DNA of 55,399 nucleotides, filler included, from Sphacelaria rigidula (lineage: Eukaryota), in NCBI GenBank assembly GCA_964200075.2. It is 5 parts of 5 records of this genome, joined end to end, with 100 filler letters (N's around TTAATTAATTAA, not from the genome) between each part and the next. Parts side by side here need not be neighbours in the genome. Positions count along the whole stretch, not along the records: positions 11,104 to 22,103 come from CAXNAA020005551.1; positions 22,204 to 33,203 come from CAXNAA020005552.1; 3 more parts are not named here. One strand, given 5' to 3'. Of this stretch, positions 12,813 to 24,284 are shown piece by piece. The notes under the pieces are model-generated. The model was not told the DNA's origin. It saw only the letters and a program-made list of their open reading frames with translations, and did not search any database. Both the position numbers and the translations under genes were made by a program. Each line of letters starts with the position of its first letter. Within the stretch, counting starts at the first letter, position 1.

Positions 12813-15800
12813 ATGGCGAACGATGGCGATGACAATGTTGAAGAAAATGTCGATGGGATTGTGGGAGTCGAGCCTGGTGAAAATGCGGGTTCTGTTATGA
12901 CCTCCCATGGGCCTGCTCCTTACTCCGGGGACATTCTTGACAATCCTGACGTGGTTTGGATGGATGACGAGTGGACGGAGGAAGAGGTATGTGTGTCGAG
13001 GAGTCTAGCCTGTTGAAGGAAGGGCTTTGGGTAGTGCGAGTTATACACGAGAACGTTTAGAAGGGCGGACGGTATGACGGCATATACTTGGGGACGTCTC
13101 AAGACAAGCACGGATTCAAATGGACTTTTGGCGTAGAAGAACTGAGCTATTTCACTTTCGAACTTAGGCCGGATGTGCGTGGTTCAATGTAGACTAACCC
13201 AGATGTACTGTATGATTATGGTCTGTGTACGAGCGCACACTATGCCTCCTGTTGTGGTTGCGGTTGGTGTTAGGGTTCGGTCAGTCAAGGGTGAGGCTGC
13301 ATCGTTTGTGCTGCAGCCTATTTCCGTGCGTAAAAGGCACCAGAGACAGGTACAATGTCCACCGCACACATTGAAAGTGGAAAACGAAGTCCGATCTAGG
13401 TGTAGGAGGAAAGAAGTCCATGTCATGATTAATCTGGGGCTTTTGTCGCCGCACTCGAGTACATGTGCTGCTTCGGCCAGTCATATGACCCACGATCGAG
13501 TACAAGATATTTCTAGCTGAACCTGCACCTATTACTCGCCTGGAGACGCCATGTAACAGGCTCGACAGGGTCAGAATCGCCGGGTACTTACCTGCCACCA
13601 TCAGCTTCCCGGTTGTACAGGGTTCTCGGTTGGCTGGCGTCGTAACTCTGAGGCGGCAGGCGGCACCATTACTTGCTTGTAGACGACCACTCCGGCTTTG
13701 GTTGAGCTTAATCTTCGTCACTACCGTATACCATGAAACGCTCTTCATTTCTTGTGTCGCTTTGTACCGTGCGTATTGTTTCATGATGTAGGTGCAGCGA
13801 GCGGAGCGTACGGTTGCTGAAAGAAGGGGCCCTGTACTGCGGGACTCCTGGAAACAGAAATACCACAGGGAGGCGAGGATGAGCTGGAACAAGTTCTACA
13901 AGAGAAACGGACGGAATTTTTTCAAGGACCGTCATTGTGAGAAACGTGCCGCTATTTTGTGGAGTGAGCAGGCCTGTACAAGTATTGATGACGGGGAACG
14001 ATACAGCCAGCGTGAATGATGACAGCACCACGAATGGCGTACAAGGCTCATTCTTTTTGGTGGTTCCCGGCGTTTGGTCCGTTGATTGTTGCTTGTTTAT
14101 TTGTTGTTTTTACGAGCGAAGACCTCGGGAAGGTCTTTCCCGATCTGGCCGAGACGGAGGCCGACGTGCGGCTAGCTAAGGTACGCGCCCTGAAGAAGCC
14201 TAGACAACGTTGCTCTTGTTTTCGTAGCTATATGAAAACAAGAATTAAACTGTTGGCATCTTCCACCTCCGCAAAAACTTCGACTTCATTCATCGGAACC
14301 AACCCTACTTTTCCGACGTAACTTTGATCAATTATTCTATGATAGTATTCATACTTCGAGTATGCCAAGAGTATCGCTTACAAAGCCAACGAATGCCGAC
14401 AAGAGGAACCACCATGCGAAGTGACCCACTTACAAATGAAGTACGTTGCTGAGAGACTCTGTCGACCTATCTTGTACTGGAGCACAACACCTAGAGGCAA
14501 CCTGTCTCGGATGCCGCAGGAGCGTACTGCTGTACGGTAGAACATGACACATGTTTTCGATGCCAACTCATCGACACTATATGCATGTTTACTCCGCCGA
14601 ATACTGTATTTCAATGCATCATCAGTCTCATCGCCTTATTGTGGTGATGGCTTGGTGCAGGCGCTTGACCTAGAAGCTGGCGGGGGTCGGATAGGGAGAG
14701 CAGGGCGCCGAACGATGCTGGAGCTAGGGTGTGGTGTAGGAAACGCCGTGTTCCCTTTGCTGGAAGACAATCGTGGGCTGTATGTGATCGCTGTTGACTT
14801 GTCGACCAGGGCAATCGATATTCTGAAGCAGCATCCGATGTACAGGTAAGGAAATGACTCGGTCAGAGTGACAAAAATACACTCCAATAGCAGACCGGGT
14901 ACCGGCACAACCGTATTCCTGCCCCATGTGGTTGATTGAACGTTCGTGGATGTTGTGTGGAACACACACATTACTTGTCGTCCTTATCGTGTGCGACCGG
15001 GTTGGCTGACAAGTTGCCTGATGAATGCAGGAGAACCCTTCGTGGAACTCTCTGTGTAGGGGCGAGGTTGCGGGACCCCAGGAACATCGGGAGTGTATTT
15101 CTCCACAAGATGTAGTTCGTTTGTGCACTTTTCTCGTTTCGTGTGTTCGAAGGTGTTCTAGTTTGAAGTAGCACTCGATGCCAGGCCGCCAGCCGGTTGT
15201 AATGGCCAATCCCGTCTTTGCTGCCGTTTCTGTGCTCCAGGCTGTCGTCATCAGCACTGATTATTTCCTTGAGGGGAAATACATAAATATGTACATATAT
15301 GAAGAGGTAATGTGCCCTTGGCGAGCACCTTTGGGATTTGTTTCCTTCCATGTGGTGATATATATATATACGCATATTACCGCCCTGTGCCGCACTAGGG
15401 AAAACATGCCATCACACACGTCGCTATGATAATGGTTATTCCCACTTTCCTCCCACCCCTGATATCTTAGATCATCCCCCCCCCATCCCCCGCCGCGATG
15501 GTGCACTACGCCTTGCTTTGGATAAAATCCTTGAGCTGCGGGCGCTGTGAGGCGCTAGTGCTGGATGCTTCGTGCGACGATCTACCCCCATGCGTTTTGG
15601 AATCTGGGGGCGTAGACATGGTGCTTTTGCAGTTTGCCCTTTCGGCCGTGGCTGTGGGCGACATGGGACGGGTGGTGAGGCTTGCGGAAAGGGCGCTCAA
15701 ACCCGGGGGCAAGGTGTTCGTTCGAGACTACGGCAGGTGCGACAAGGAAACGTCCCCCCCGAGGAGAAACAAGCACGAGTGGCCACGATTCGGTTGTTGT

Positions 15801-18800
15801 ACCGCCGCTAGTCAACATTTCTATATGTTGACGTGTCGGTGCTGATATACATATGCATATGCATACTGTTTCAGGTGTACTGAGTCGTGTGGTATGAGCT
15901 GGGCCAGCCTGGAAACGTGCATACCCCGGGCACACAGTGATTTGAGGGCAAAATATAAAAGTGGGTTCATCACCACCTATTTCAGCCCAAAACCACGTGC
16001 AGGTAAATGCACGATTTTGGAGCTGTTCATGCCAGGGCGAAACGACTCAAAAGTCAATCCCGACGCAAAAGCAATATGCCCATAGCCCATGTACAGCGTA
16101 AACTCCAGCTTAAGCAAAAGAAGAGCGTATATAGGGCCGATCAATACCGCGGACAACTAGAGCCGAACAGCGTACCCTTTCATGTCCGACAATGGGGTAG
16201 GTATACCCACCAAAAACTACTGCTCTCATCTTGGACCCTATTTTGGCTTATGCTGTCCCTCATAATGTCCAAAGTGTTATCCTCTTTGACCACCATCGGC
16301 CTTTCACAACCGCCGTCCACCCCACCGCAAGACACAAAATCGAATGGCTGAAGAACATTCCCAATGCTCACTTTAACCTTTTTCCACGACCTGGAGACTC
16401 AAGACCTCGCCGTCGAAGATTTTTAACCCAAACAAACGAGACTCCCGTGGAGTGATTGACACATCGCAACACATCGCAACGACACAACAAGGTAATGAAT
16501 ACGGAGGAGCAAGCTGTTGTGCCGTTTGCATGCGCGCGCCCAACGGTCGTGCGGTGTGTCACTCACTCCGTAGGGGTCTCGTTTATATGGGGTGGAAATC
16601 ACCGCGGGGTCTTGAGTCTCCAGGTCATAGAAAAATGTAAACTGGATCGTTGGAGATGTTCTCCAACCCCTCGATTTTCTGCCGTGCGGTGGGTTGGACG
16701 GCGGCTGTGGAAGGCCGATAATGGTCAAGTAGAGGTACACTTTATACAGTATAACGGACAACGTAAGGAAACGTAGAGTAAGAGATGAAAAAAGTATTTT
16801 TTTTTGTGGGTGTACCTACCCTTTTGTCGGACAAAATAGGGTACTCTGCGAGGCCCCCCTGTTTCCCGCAGTGCTGGTCGGCTCTAAATTGCGCTTTTTT
16901 TTCGCGAAAGTTGGTGTACATGCTCTGCACAGGCTGTGGGCGCCTTGGTTTTGCGTCGGGATCGATTTTCGAGTAGTTTGGGCTTAGCACGGACACCTCC
17001 AACTTGCGCACTTCCCTGTCCCTACTTGTGGGCTAAAATAAGAGGTGATGATGTACCCAGTTTTGCCTGCTGCCCATATATTTTCAGTTTACCGAATCAG
17101 CCCGATGTAAGTACAGTATATCGATGAAAACTGCAGGCCAACCTGCTGATGCACGCTCCGCCTAAAAAAAAAAAAAAAAAAGGAGAAGAGAATGCACAAC
17201 ATAATATATGAATTCAACGACGGAACCAGATTTTACGGGAAAAGTATCTGCGGGATTCGAACTCGTGACATCCGTAACTAGAGTCGCCTGTATCACTTCG
17301 AGTACCCGGGCGCCGCAGTTTCATACAAAACATTGAATGCGCAGCCCAAGTTTAGAAGTTTTGAACCGAAATTTTGCAAGAATGTTTTGCGCGCAAGTTA
17401 ATTATTCTTCACCAAAGCAAGCGTATGTGCTTTGAGTTTTTTGAGGTCATGGTAGTATATTTTTCTTGCTGAAATTGCAAATCGTCCCAACTTTCTGAAC
17501 TTCTTCCGCTTTTATTCAGTTACGTTTCGCGCTTTGATAACATAAATGTGTCCACATATCAGCCCCCATCTCTTGAGGCGAGCTGCGCATAGCTGTTAAA
17601 CCGCTGATAGAAAGTCTTGGCTAGCCCAGCTCTTACTTGCTTGTTTTTCTTGCGAGTAACTTCCTGTTAGTATTTGGCGTCGTGTCTGTGCTGTTGTGTG
17701 ATTTTTTAAGTGATGGATGGATGGATGGATGGATGGATGGATGGATGGATGGAAATTCTGGGGTGACTCAGCTCAAGTTTGCACTGATTCGAAGACAGTC
17801 CACGCCAGAAATCATCGGCGTTAATTTTTTTTACTACATGAGGGTCCTGGGGAAAGGAAGTTTGTCATTTGAGAACTAGTTGCAGCGTTGACGAGGGAAT
17901 AGAGTTCTGCACCCACCTCATGATCACGATGCAAGGTGGGCACTTGAGACATGACAACATATTTGCAGCCCTTGGAACCCCCTATGTCTAGTCGTAAGGT
18001 TGACGGGAGTGAAGGATATGTGTAAAAAAATGGCCAATTGGGATAGGTCTAATCTATTGAAAGCGTCGCGTTCTCCACGCGTGTCTGCGTGCGTGCGTAC
18101 CTGTCTCCACTTCCCCCGCCCCATACCTTAGGTATGATGAGGCGCAGCTGCGGTTTGGCAAGGGCAAGTGCTTGGGCGACAACATCTACGTGCGACAGGC
18201 GAGATGTGAAAAATCATACAAAACCCCAATGTTCAGTTGCGCTCTCGAAGCGTGTTCTGGACCTAGCCACTTCATGCCACTCAACGTGAGCAATGGAAGA
18301 TTCCGCGGGAGAAAACGTTGGATGGTTAGAGTGTCACCTCTATTTGGATACGACAACTCGACGATTCTCTGATTTACGCTTATAGAGCTCCTCGCCATGG
18401 GCAGAGGATGTGAGGGCTGTGTTGCCTTTGCTGTTTATGTACAGGGGGGATTATCAGCGATGCACTTGCCCTTCGGGCTATTCCACGTAAGGGAGAAGAT
18501 AGTGCGTGGTTCGTCTACGGTGTTGAGGTCAAAGACTCCAAAGACAAGGTCACTGCCGATACTAACGTGGACGGATGACCACTTGGGGGCGAGAATGAGG
18601 CGGGGGAGTTCGAGGAAGCGTGGTGACGCGAAGACCTCCGCTAACCCGACTTATGTCACGAACAAAAGGCTGTTGCGCTGAAAACTGCCGATAGTGAAGC
18701 CGCCACCGTTGGCACGGCAGTAGCAACCGCCTGAGAGGACTCCAAAATGGGAACAGTAGAGACGGTGGTTTTTTGTCCCTGACTAGAGATGAACGGGAAG

Positions 18801-19997
18801 AGGCCGGGGTAACGCGCAAACTGATGTCCGTCCCTTCCTTATTCTATTGGTTACGCACTTCTCCCCGTCGCCTGCAAATCTAGCGATATTTCGCAGTTGT
18901 TTCATGTTCATGTTTTGGTTACTTTCTGGGGTCCTTCTCCTCCTTCTTCTCCTATTTGGTGCGTTTTTTTTGGCGTCCCTTTCTTGTTCTATCATTCCTC
19001 TTCCGTCTCGTTTCGTTTTGTTTCGTTTTCCCTGTTTCGGTTTTGTGTTTGGTTTCTTTTATATCCTCTTTCTTACCAAGGGAGTGATTTGTGTCTCGCT
19101 CCTCCAGAGCTGGCGGGTGAGAGCTCCTGCCTAAATAGTGTAGTCCACCGATACCCGACTCGCAACCTGTTTCCATGTCGTGAGTTTGCACTGCCGCGTT
19201 ACCTGAAGCCATACAGCACGGACCTGTCGGCTTTCTTGCGTTAACGGTACTGTACTAGATCTTAATCTGACGTTGTTTTTCGTAACTGTTTTGTATTTCT
19301 CGTTTCTATACGGCTCCATTTTTTCTTCCCTTTTTTTTATTTCCCCCCCTTTTTTCGATTTTTTCTCAAGCGAGTGTTCCCGTTCATTTTCCTTGGGTGC
19401 GCCTATGTTATGACCACGGATGTTGTTGCGGATCAGCTCATGTTTGTCAATATATCAATCGATTGGTCAACTGCCCCACTCCGCCATTTTTAGAGAAGTG
19501 TATGTCAACGCAGAAGCGTGGATAACCAAGAAAGTCGAATACACGAGGTATCAACAAGCAAGCCAGGAAACTGGCAAACGTCTCACCGCAGTAACTAAAC
19601 ACTCATAGACATCTACATCTCTTCTTACCTTGTACACCGTGTCGCAGTTTTTTTTATTTTTGTCCCTAACGCATCTGTTCACGCCTCTTTCTTCTTTCTC
19701 GTGTGACAGGACGGCACGACCAGCTACTTCTTCTCGCTCGAAGATCTGCGACAGATATTCTGTAACCAGCCGTCAGCAGCTCCCAAGCAGGACAACGTGC
19801 CATGTCAAACTGATATTTTCACGTCCTCGATGCCTACTGCAAATAGTGATGATAGCGGCGAGACTTGTAAGTTTGGCGTAGGAGCATCACTCTTGGAGGA
19901 AGAGTTATCATTTGTGAGGAGGCAGTATGCAAATAGAGGGCAAAGGCTGGCCATGAGGCGCGTTTGGGTTCACGGGATATTCCGAAAACCGTTGTGA
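12813..19997 (+). CDS. METTL6: tRNA N3-methylcytidine (m3C) methyltransferase, METTL6/METTL2/Trm140 family, 7 exons, about 372 aa
   Basis: Phase-consistent exons 12813-12986, 13792-13936, 14122-14180, 14661-14845, 15536-15736, 18132-18198 and 19710-19997 (1119 nt). Family motifs WNKFYKRNGRNFFKDRHYL, SAM motif I LELGCGVGNAVFPLL, VDLS, FALSAV, LKPGGKVFVRDYGRYDEAQLRF, YVRQDGTTSYFFS, RRVWVHGIFRKP. Exact METTL2 versus METTL6 orthology is not resolved. Confidence 0.93.
15933..17090. mobile_element. Long foldback element (two ~530-bp diverged inverted arms) in METTL6 intron 5
   Basis: Arm pairs by eye: GGGTTCATCACCACCT / AGGTGATGATGTACCC; ATCCCGACGCAAAA / TTTTGCGTCGGGAT; GTCCGACAA...GGTAGGTATACCCAC / GTGGGTGTACCTACC...TTGTCGGAC; CCTGGAGACTCAAGACC / GGTCTTGAGTCTCCAGG. 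Loop about 16470-16550. Confidence 0.85.
17712..17751 (+). repeat. (GATG)10 microsatellite
   Basis: Read directly. Confidence 0.95.
18480..19460 (+). mobile_element. 5'-truncated, decayed LINE 3' end in METTL6 intron 6
   Basis: 18505-18680 resembles 22255-22430; 19365-19460 matches the 3' terminus seen at 22715-22830, 30150-30258 and 35275-35390, which ends in CAAT-like repeats. Confidence 0.6.
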
Positions 19998-22024
19998 TGC
20001 AGGTAGTGTTTTTTTATGGGCTGGCGCCTTTTCCCGAAGAAGCGAAAATCGCACTTTTACTTTTGAGCCATACGACGACATACAGTCATCAAATTAGGGA
20101 TCTAGTATCACACTGACCATTCAATGTGACGACGAGTGTAGACAACACATGGGTGATTCTACGATAAGGGGGGAGGGGTGCTTGATTCTGCGAAAAAGTG
20201 TTCACGAGTGTGTTAGACGACCTAACACACTTGCGGTGCGCTTGTATTTGGGTGAAAACAGTATCAAGCATTATGAATGAGTGTTATTCATCGGTAACAA
20301 CCGAGTTCGAACAAGTTTTGCTGCTTTCGTAGAATAAATGGCCCCGACTACCCCCCCCCGTATTGTAGGATGACTCATACAACCAACGTGTGATGAGATG
20401 TGTAGACAGTACAGTGAAAGGTTTATCCCTCTGACCGCGCTTAGCTGCATCCATCGGCTGGAGGCTTATCAAGACTCAGGCAGCTGTCCTCTGTGAGCGC
20501 TCATGAGATCAAAGTGATGCTACCGCATCCACCACTGAATGTACGGCATGATCGAGTTGAGAATGAGTAGGCACCACCCCTTGACAGGAAACTCGATGAC
20601 ACTGCAGCATTTTGAGACATGAGGGGCCTCGACCGCGTGGGCACGGCACATTTCATTGGGCGGCTTGTGCCGACCCTGCACTGTACACCCACAGCATTGA
20701 GCGAAGGAATTGAGCTTCATTTTGCCTTGATTCTGGGAGGTAAATTCAGCAACAGCAGCAGCAACAGAACATTTCGATGGCACTCTTCAACTTCCCCCGG
20801 CGATGTGTAGGCGTGCAGAGTCGAGGAGAACCGCTGACTAAAGGAGTATCCACGCAATCGAGGGGCACGGGGTCGACAAAAAAGGTCGTTGCGACTCATC
20901 ATTTGTCGTGCACGGGCGCTCGGCGTTGTCGTCAGGGCAAGGGTGACAAATCGGTGCTGCTACGATAATAGCTAATGGCAGAGCGGTGCAATGGAATAGG
21001 TGCCGAGAGTCAAAGTAAGCGTTTCCGATCGGCAGGGTGAGAAAAGGGCGAAATGAAAAAAGCGGGACAGTGACAATAGTTGAACCCCCGGACTCGATAC
21101 CAGGGACGTTAACCGGGAGTCCAAACATTATGTGACTCGGCCACAAATGCCTTTTTTGCGTTCTCTACGACCACAAGATGAATTGTACACATCTAAATCC
21201 GATTGTCCTCTCCACAGAAAAAATGCTACCCACTCTTTTTCTCGAAGGATCTGGTCTGTAGGCACTAGGCTACTGGCTTCCCTCCCCCCCCAAAATCACG
21301 TCATTACGAGCGGCACAATTTCACTTCCCACCAGCGTGCCACTGTGCGTCTTCGTGGCGAGTTCTGGCGCTGTCGGAGGGGCAGTTGCTGCCATCGCTCA
21401 CGACGCTTGGTTTATTATATTCAGCAGTCTCAAATAACGCAAAGTGAGTAGCACTTCAGTGGCACGGATATGAGTTCTGAAACAGGTCTCATTTCTGAAT
21501 AGCCCTTCTTACCCTAACGCGCAACTAGTCATTCTCGTTATGAGTAGCCGAAAATGGGAGATGATTTCAAGTCTCGACATGATTCTATAGATTATCGTTT
21601 TGCACAGGATTCCGCACCAGAAAGTGCTGTCGCCTCACCTGATACGAACTTTCCAAAGTTGAGGATTTAGAAAAAACGTTCGAGTGCTAGTGTTGCCGAA
21701 GTACTCGTCATCATTATCTTATATATTCAAATCTTGAATAAAACATCGATATAATATCGCTGACGTTGAAATACATACTCAACCCAAGTAAAAAATGATC
21801 ATTTTTGGAATAGTTTTCTGCACTAAACGCCATAGTGCCAAACGTGGAAGATTGTACCTTTCATTCGACGGCTGTAAAAATATTCAAAACTGAAATTAAC
21901 AGCCGATTCTGAATTTTGGTATTGAACACTAAAATGGGGTTCACGCGGCACAACGTTTTGGCAGGAATGACGTGAAACAGTTACACCGGACGGAACTATT
22001 CCCCCCCCCAACAAAACTCTGCAG

Positions 22025-22103
22025 CAGTTAAGGAAGGTGGGGTATTGAAAACAAATAACAAAGAGAAAGCTGCTGTGTTGACCTTCCTCCTGTGTGACCC
22101 CGG
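22025..22103 (-). repeat. Repeat family A, truncated by the contig end
   Basis: GTGTTGACCTTCCTCCTGTGTGACCCCGG is the reverse complement of the family core. Confidence 0.85.
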
Positions 22104-22203
22104 NNNNNNNNNNNNNNNNNNNNNNNNNNNNNNNNNNNNNNNNNNNNTTAATTAATTAANNNNNNNNNNNNNNNNNNNNNNNNNNNNNNNNNNNNNNNNN
22201 NNN
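22104..22203. other. Artificial contig-joining spacer
   Basis: Same N44-TTAATTAATTAA-N44 structure. Confidence 0.98.
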
Positions 22204-22830
22204 AGAAGTCCCTCACTGAATAGCCCTCTTGTCCAGATCGTCTGGCAGAGGATATATGGCTCGTCTATGGTGTAGAGGTTGACGTTGCACACGATTGGGT
22301 CACTGCGGCGAAGAACGTGGGCAAATGGCATATTGGAGTCGAAAAGGAGCGGAAGAGTTTGAGGACACGTGGCGACGCGCGGAAAAACGAGAATCAGACC
22401 GCCGTCACAAGCGAGAGGCTGCTGCGTCGAGGGCCGCCAGTCGAAGAATCCTGTCTGCTCATATCGGTTGTTGATTTGTCCTTAGTCGGTGGCTCTGCGG
22501 TGCCCACTGGTGTGTGTCTGCATCTACTCTGCCCTGAATCCCTTGGGGTTCTCCCTTTTTCTTTATTTTGTTGGGTTTTTTTGCTCTTGTTTTTGCTATT
22601 TTTTCGTTGTTATAGGTCGGCCATCTCTTTCTGTGCTTTGCTTTTGTTGACTTTGTTTTTTTTACGTCTTAGTCTACTATGTCGTTCTGTTCGCCTTTTT
22701 TCTCTTCCTTCTTTTCTTCAGCGAGTGTTTTAATTTTGCTTTTTCTTGGATACATCTATCATGAGACCACGGCTAGATCATGACTATGGGGTATCAGTTA
22801 AAGTACGACAACCAAGCAATCAAGCAATCA
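22204..22830 (+). mobile_element. LINE (RTE-like) ORF2 C-terminus and 3' UTR remnant
   Basis: Translates, with a frameshift, as WLVYGVEVDVAHDWVTAAKNVGKWHIGVEK/GAEEFEDTWRRAEKRESDRRHKREAAA. Followed by a T-rich UTR and a CAAGCAATCAAGCAATCAA tail. Clade assignment is from recalled similarity only. Confidence 0.6.
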
Positions 22831-24053
22831 ACTGTTATCGCGTGTGGGCACACATACGTGGAGAAGACATGTCCAAGTATAAGCTACCAGTCTGAAGCGG
22901 GAATGAGTTAAAGGGGCGCATTTTCGCCAAGGAGCACAGCCAGTACTACACTGCCGTGTCCATGTCCCCGCGATGCCCATACTCCACGCTACAAAACAGT
23001 TCACAGATATGCTTTGCCACCAACATTGTACCATGGAGGGGAGATTGGGCAAGATTTGTGTTCTGAACGTTCCAGTACGTAGGGGTCACATAGGCACGAG
23101 GCAGTGCTAGCCCAAGCTCGAATCGCGGAGAGGTTTTTATGCCAAAAGTGTCAGACATTCACAATAATATCTAAGGGCGCTGACACTGATATTACGGTCG
23201 AGGAATAATAAGAAGACAGAATATTACGAGATTGCCTAGAGTTGCTAGTATTATATTTGGTCTGCACATCACCGAATTACAAAATAGAAAGCACTCGCCT
23301 GGCCCTGTTCGCATGTGATTGCACTATTGTGAAAACACTAATCACACGAGCGGATAGTGAAAGCGAAGAAGAGGAGTGCGGCGAGAAGATCTTAGGAAGC
23401 GGAGGAGAGAGATGCCGCGACACTCCCCCCCCCAAAACAAAACAAAACAGCTCAAAAACCGTCACATCAAAAGTGGCCAAATATCACATGATGGCTGGTT
23501 TCAGACGAGATGAAGCGCCTCACACAGGCGAATATAGGTGAAGACGATTTCCAAGCTGGGGAGCTCCGGGCTGCTTGGTGTGCTCGGCTTTCGTCATTTT
23601 GATTCATGAGTAGATGTTGCCTCCTCAAACCAATGTTTTTTATAGGGGGGCTATCGCGGGGTACCACTCAAGAGCATCCTAGTTCGTCGTGCACGCGAAC
23701 AGAGACGAGCTTGACAGCTACAGTGCAGAATTCACAAGCCATAAATATCACTCACACGGTGAAATTGCTACAAAAATCATTATGGTGCTGAAGGTTACGG
23801 TAAAAAAGATCACGATCACACGAAAGAACGGGCTTCCATACTTTCACATTTTATGCATAAACTTGCGGAAATCATTCTTGTTCTTTCTCATCGTCACCTT
23901 TTTTTCTCACAGTGTGTATCTCGTCAACCAGGACCGTTTTGGGAAACCGATATTCCCTTTCTCGTCGCGTCTCAGACGCTGTCTTAACACGAGGCGGTAG
24001 TCCCCCGGTGTTTCGAATCCATTAGGCATATATTGACAAAGATTACGCTACAA

Positions 24054-24120
24054 GGGGGTGGCGTACTCATTTGTTGCTTGCCTTAGTCGTTCGACCATTG
24101 ACCACGCTCCGTCTCTTACG
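24054..24120 (+). repeat. MITE family C, left end fragment
   Basis: GCGTACTCATTTGTTGCTTGCCTTAGTCGTTCGACCATTGACCACGC matches 25058-25125 and 32726-32795, and is an imperfect inverted copy of the family's right end. Confidence 0.7.
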
Positions 24121-24284
24121 CTACAAGGGGCAAACAAGCTCGTGAATCCGCTCTTTGTTCCGCCGTTGTTTGTACACGAGTGTTTTTTGTGCCGGTGTTT
24201 CCGGCTCATTAGGTATATATCGAGGAAAGTTACCCTGAGACAAGATGGCAAGTTTCTGAGACTGTTCGTTTCTCTTACCATCGC

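Noticed and set aside
17235..17315. tRNA-like sequence on the minus strand (GTTCGAATCC B-box); a similar one at ~21080-21150
   Set aside because: I could not fold a convincing cloverleaf; more likely decayed tRNA-derived SINE heads. tRNAscan-SE would settle it.
20500..21403. Possible small minus-strand gene (ATG near 21403, MAATAPPTAPELATK...)
   Set aside because: No phase-consistent exon chain or recognisable domain could be built.
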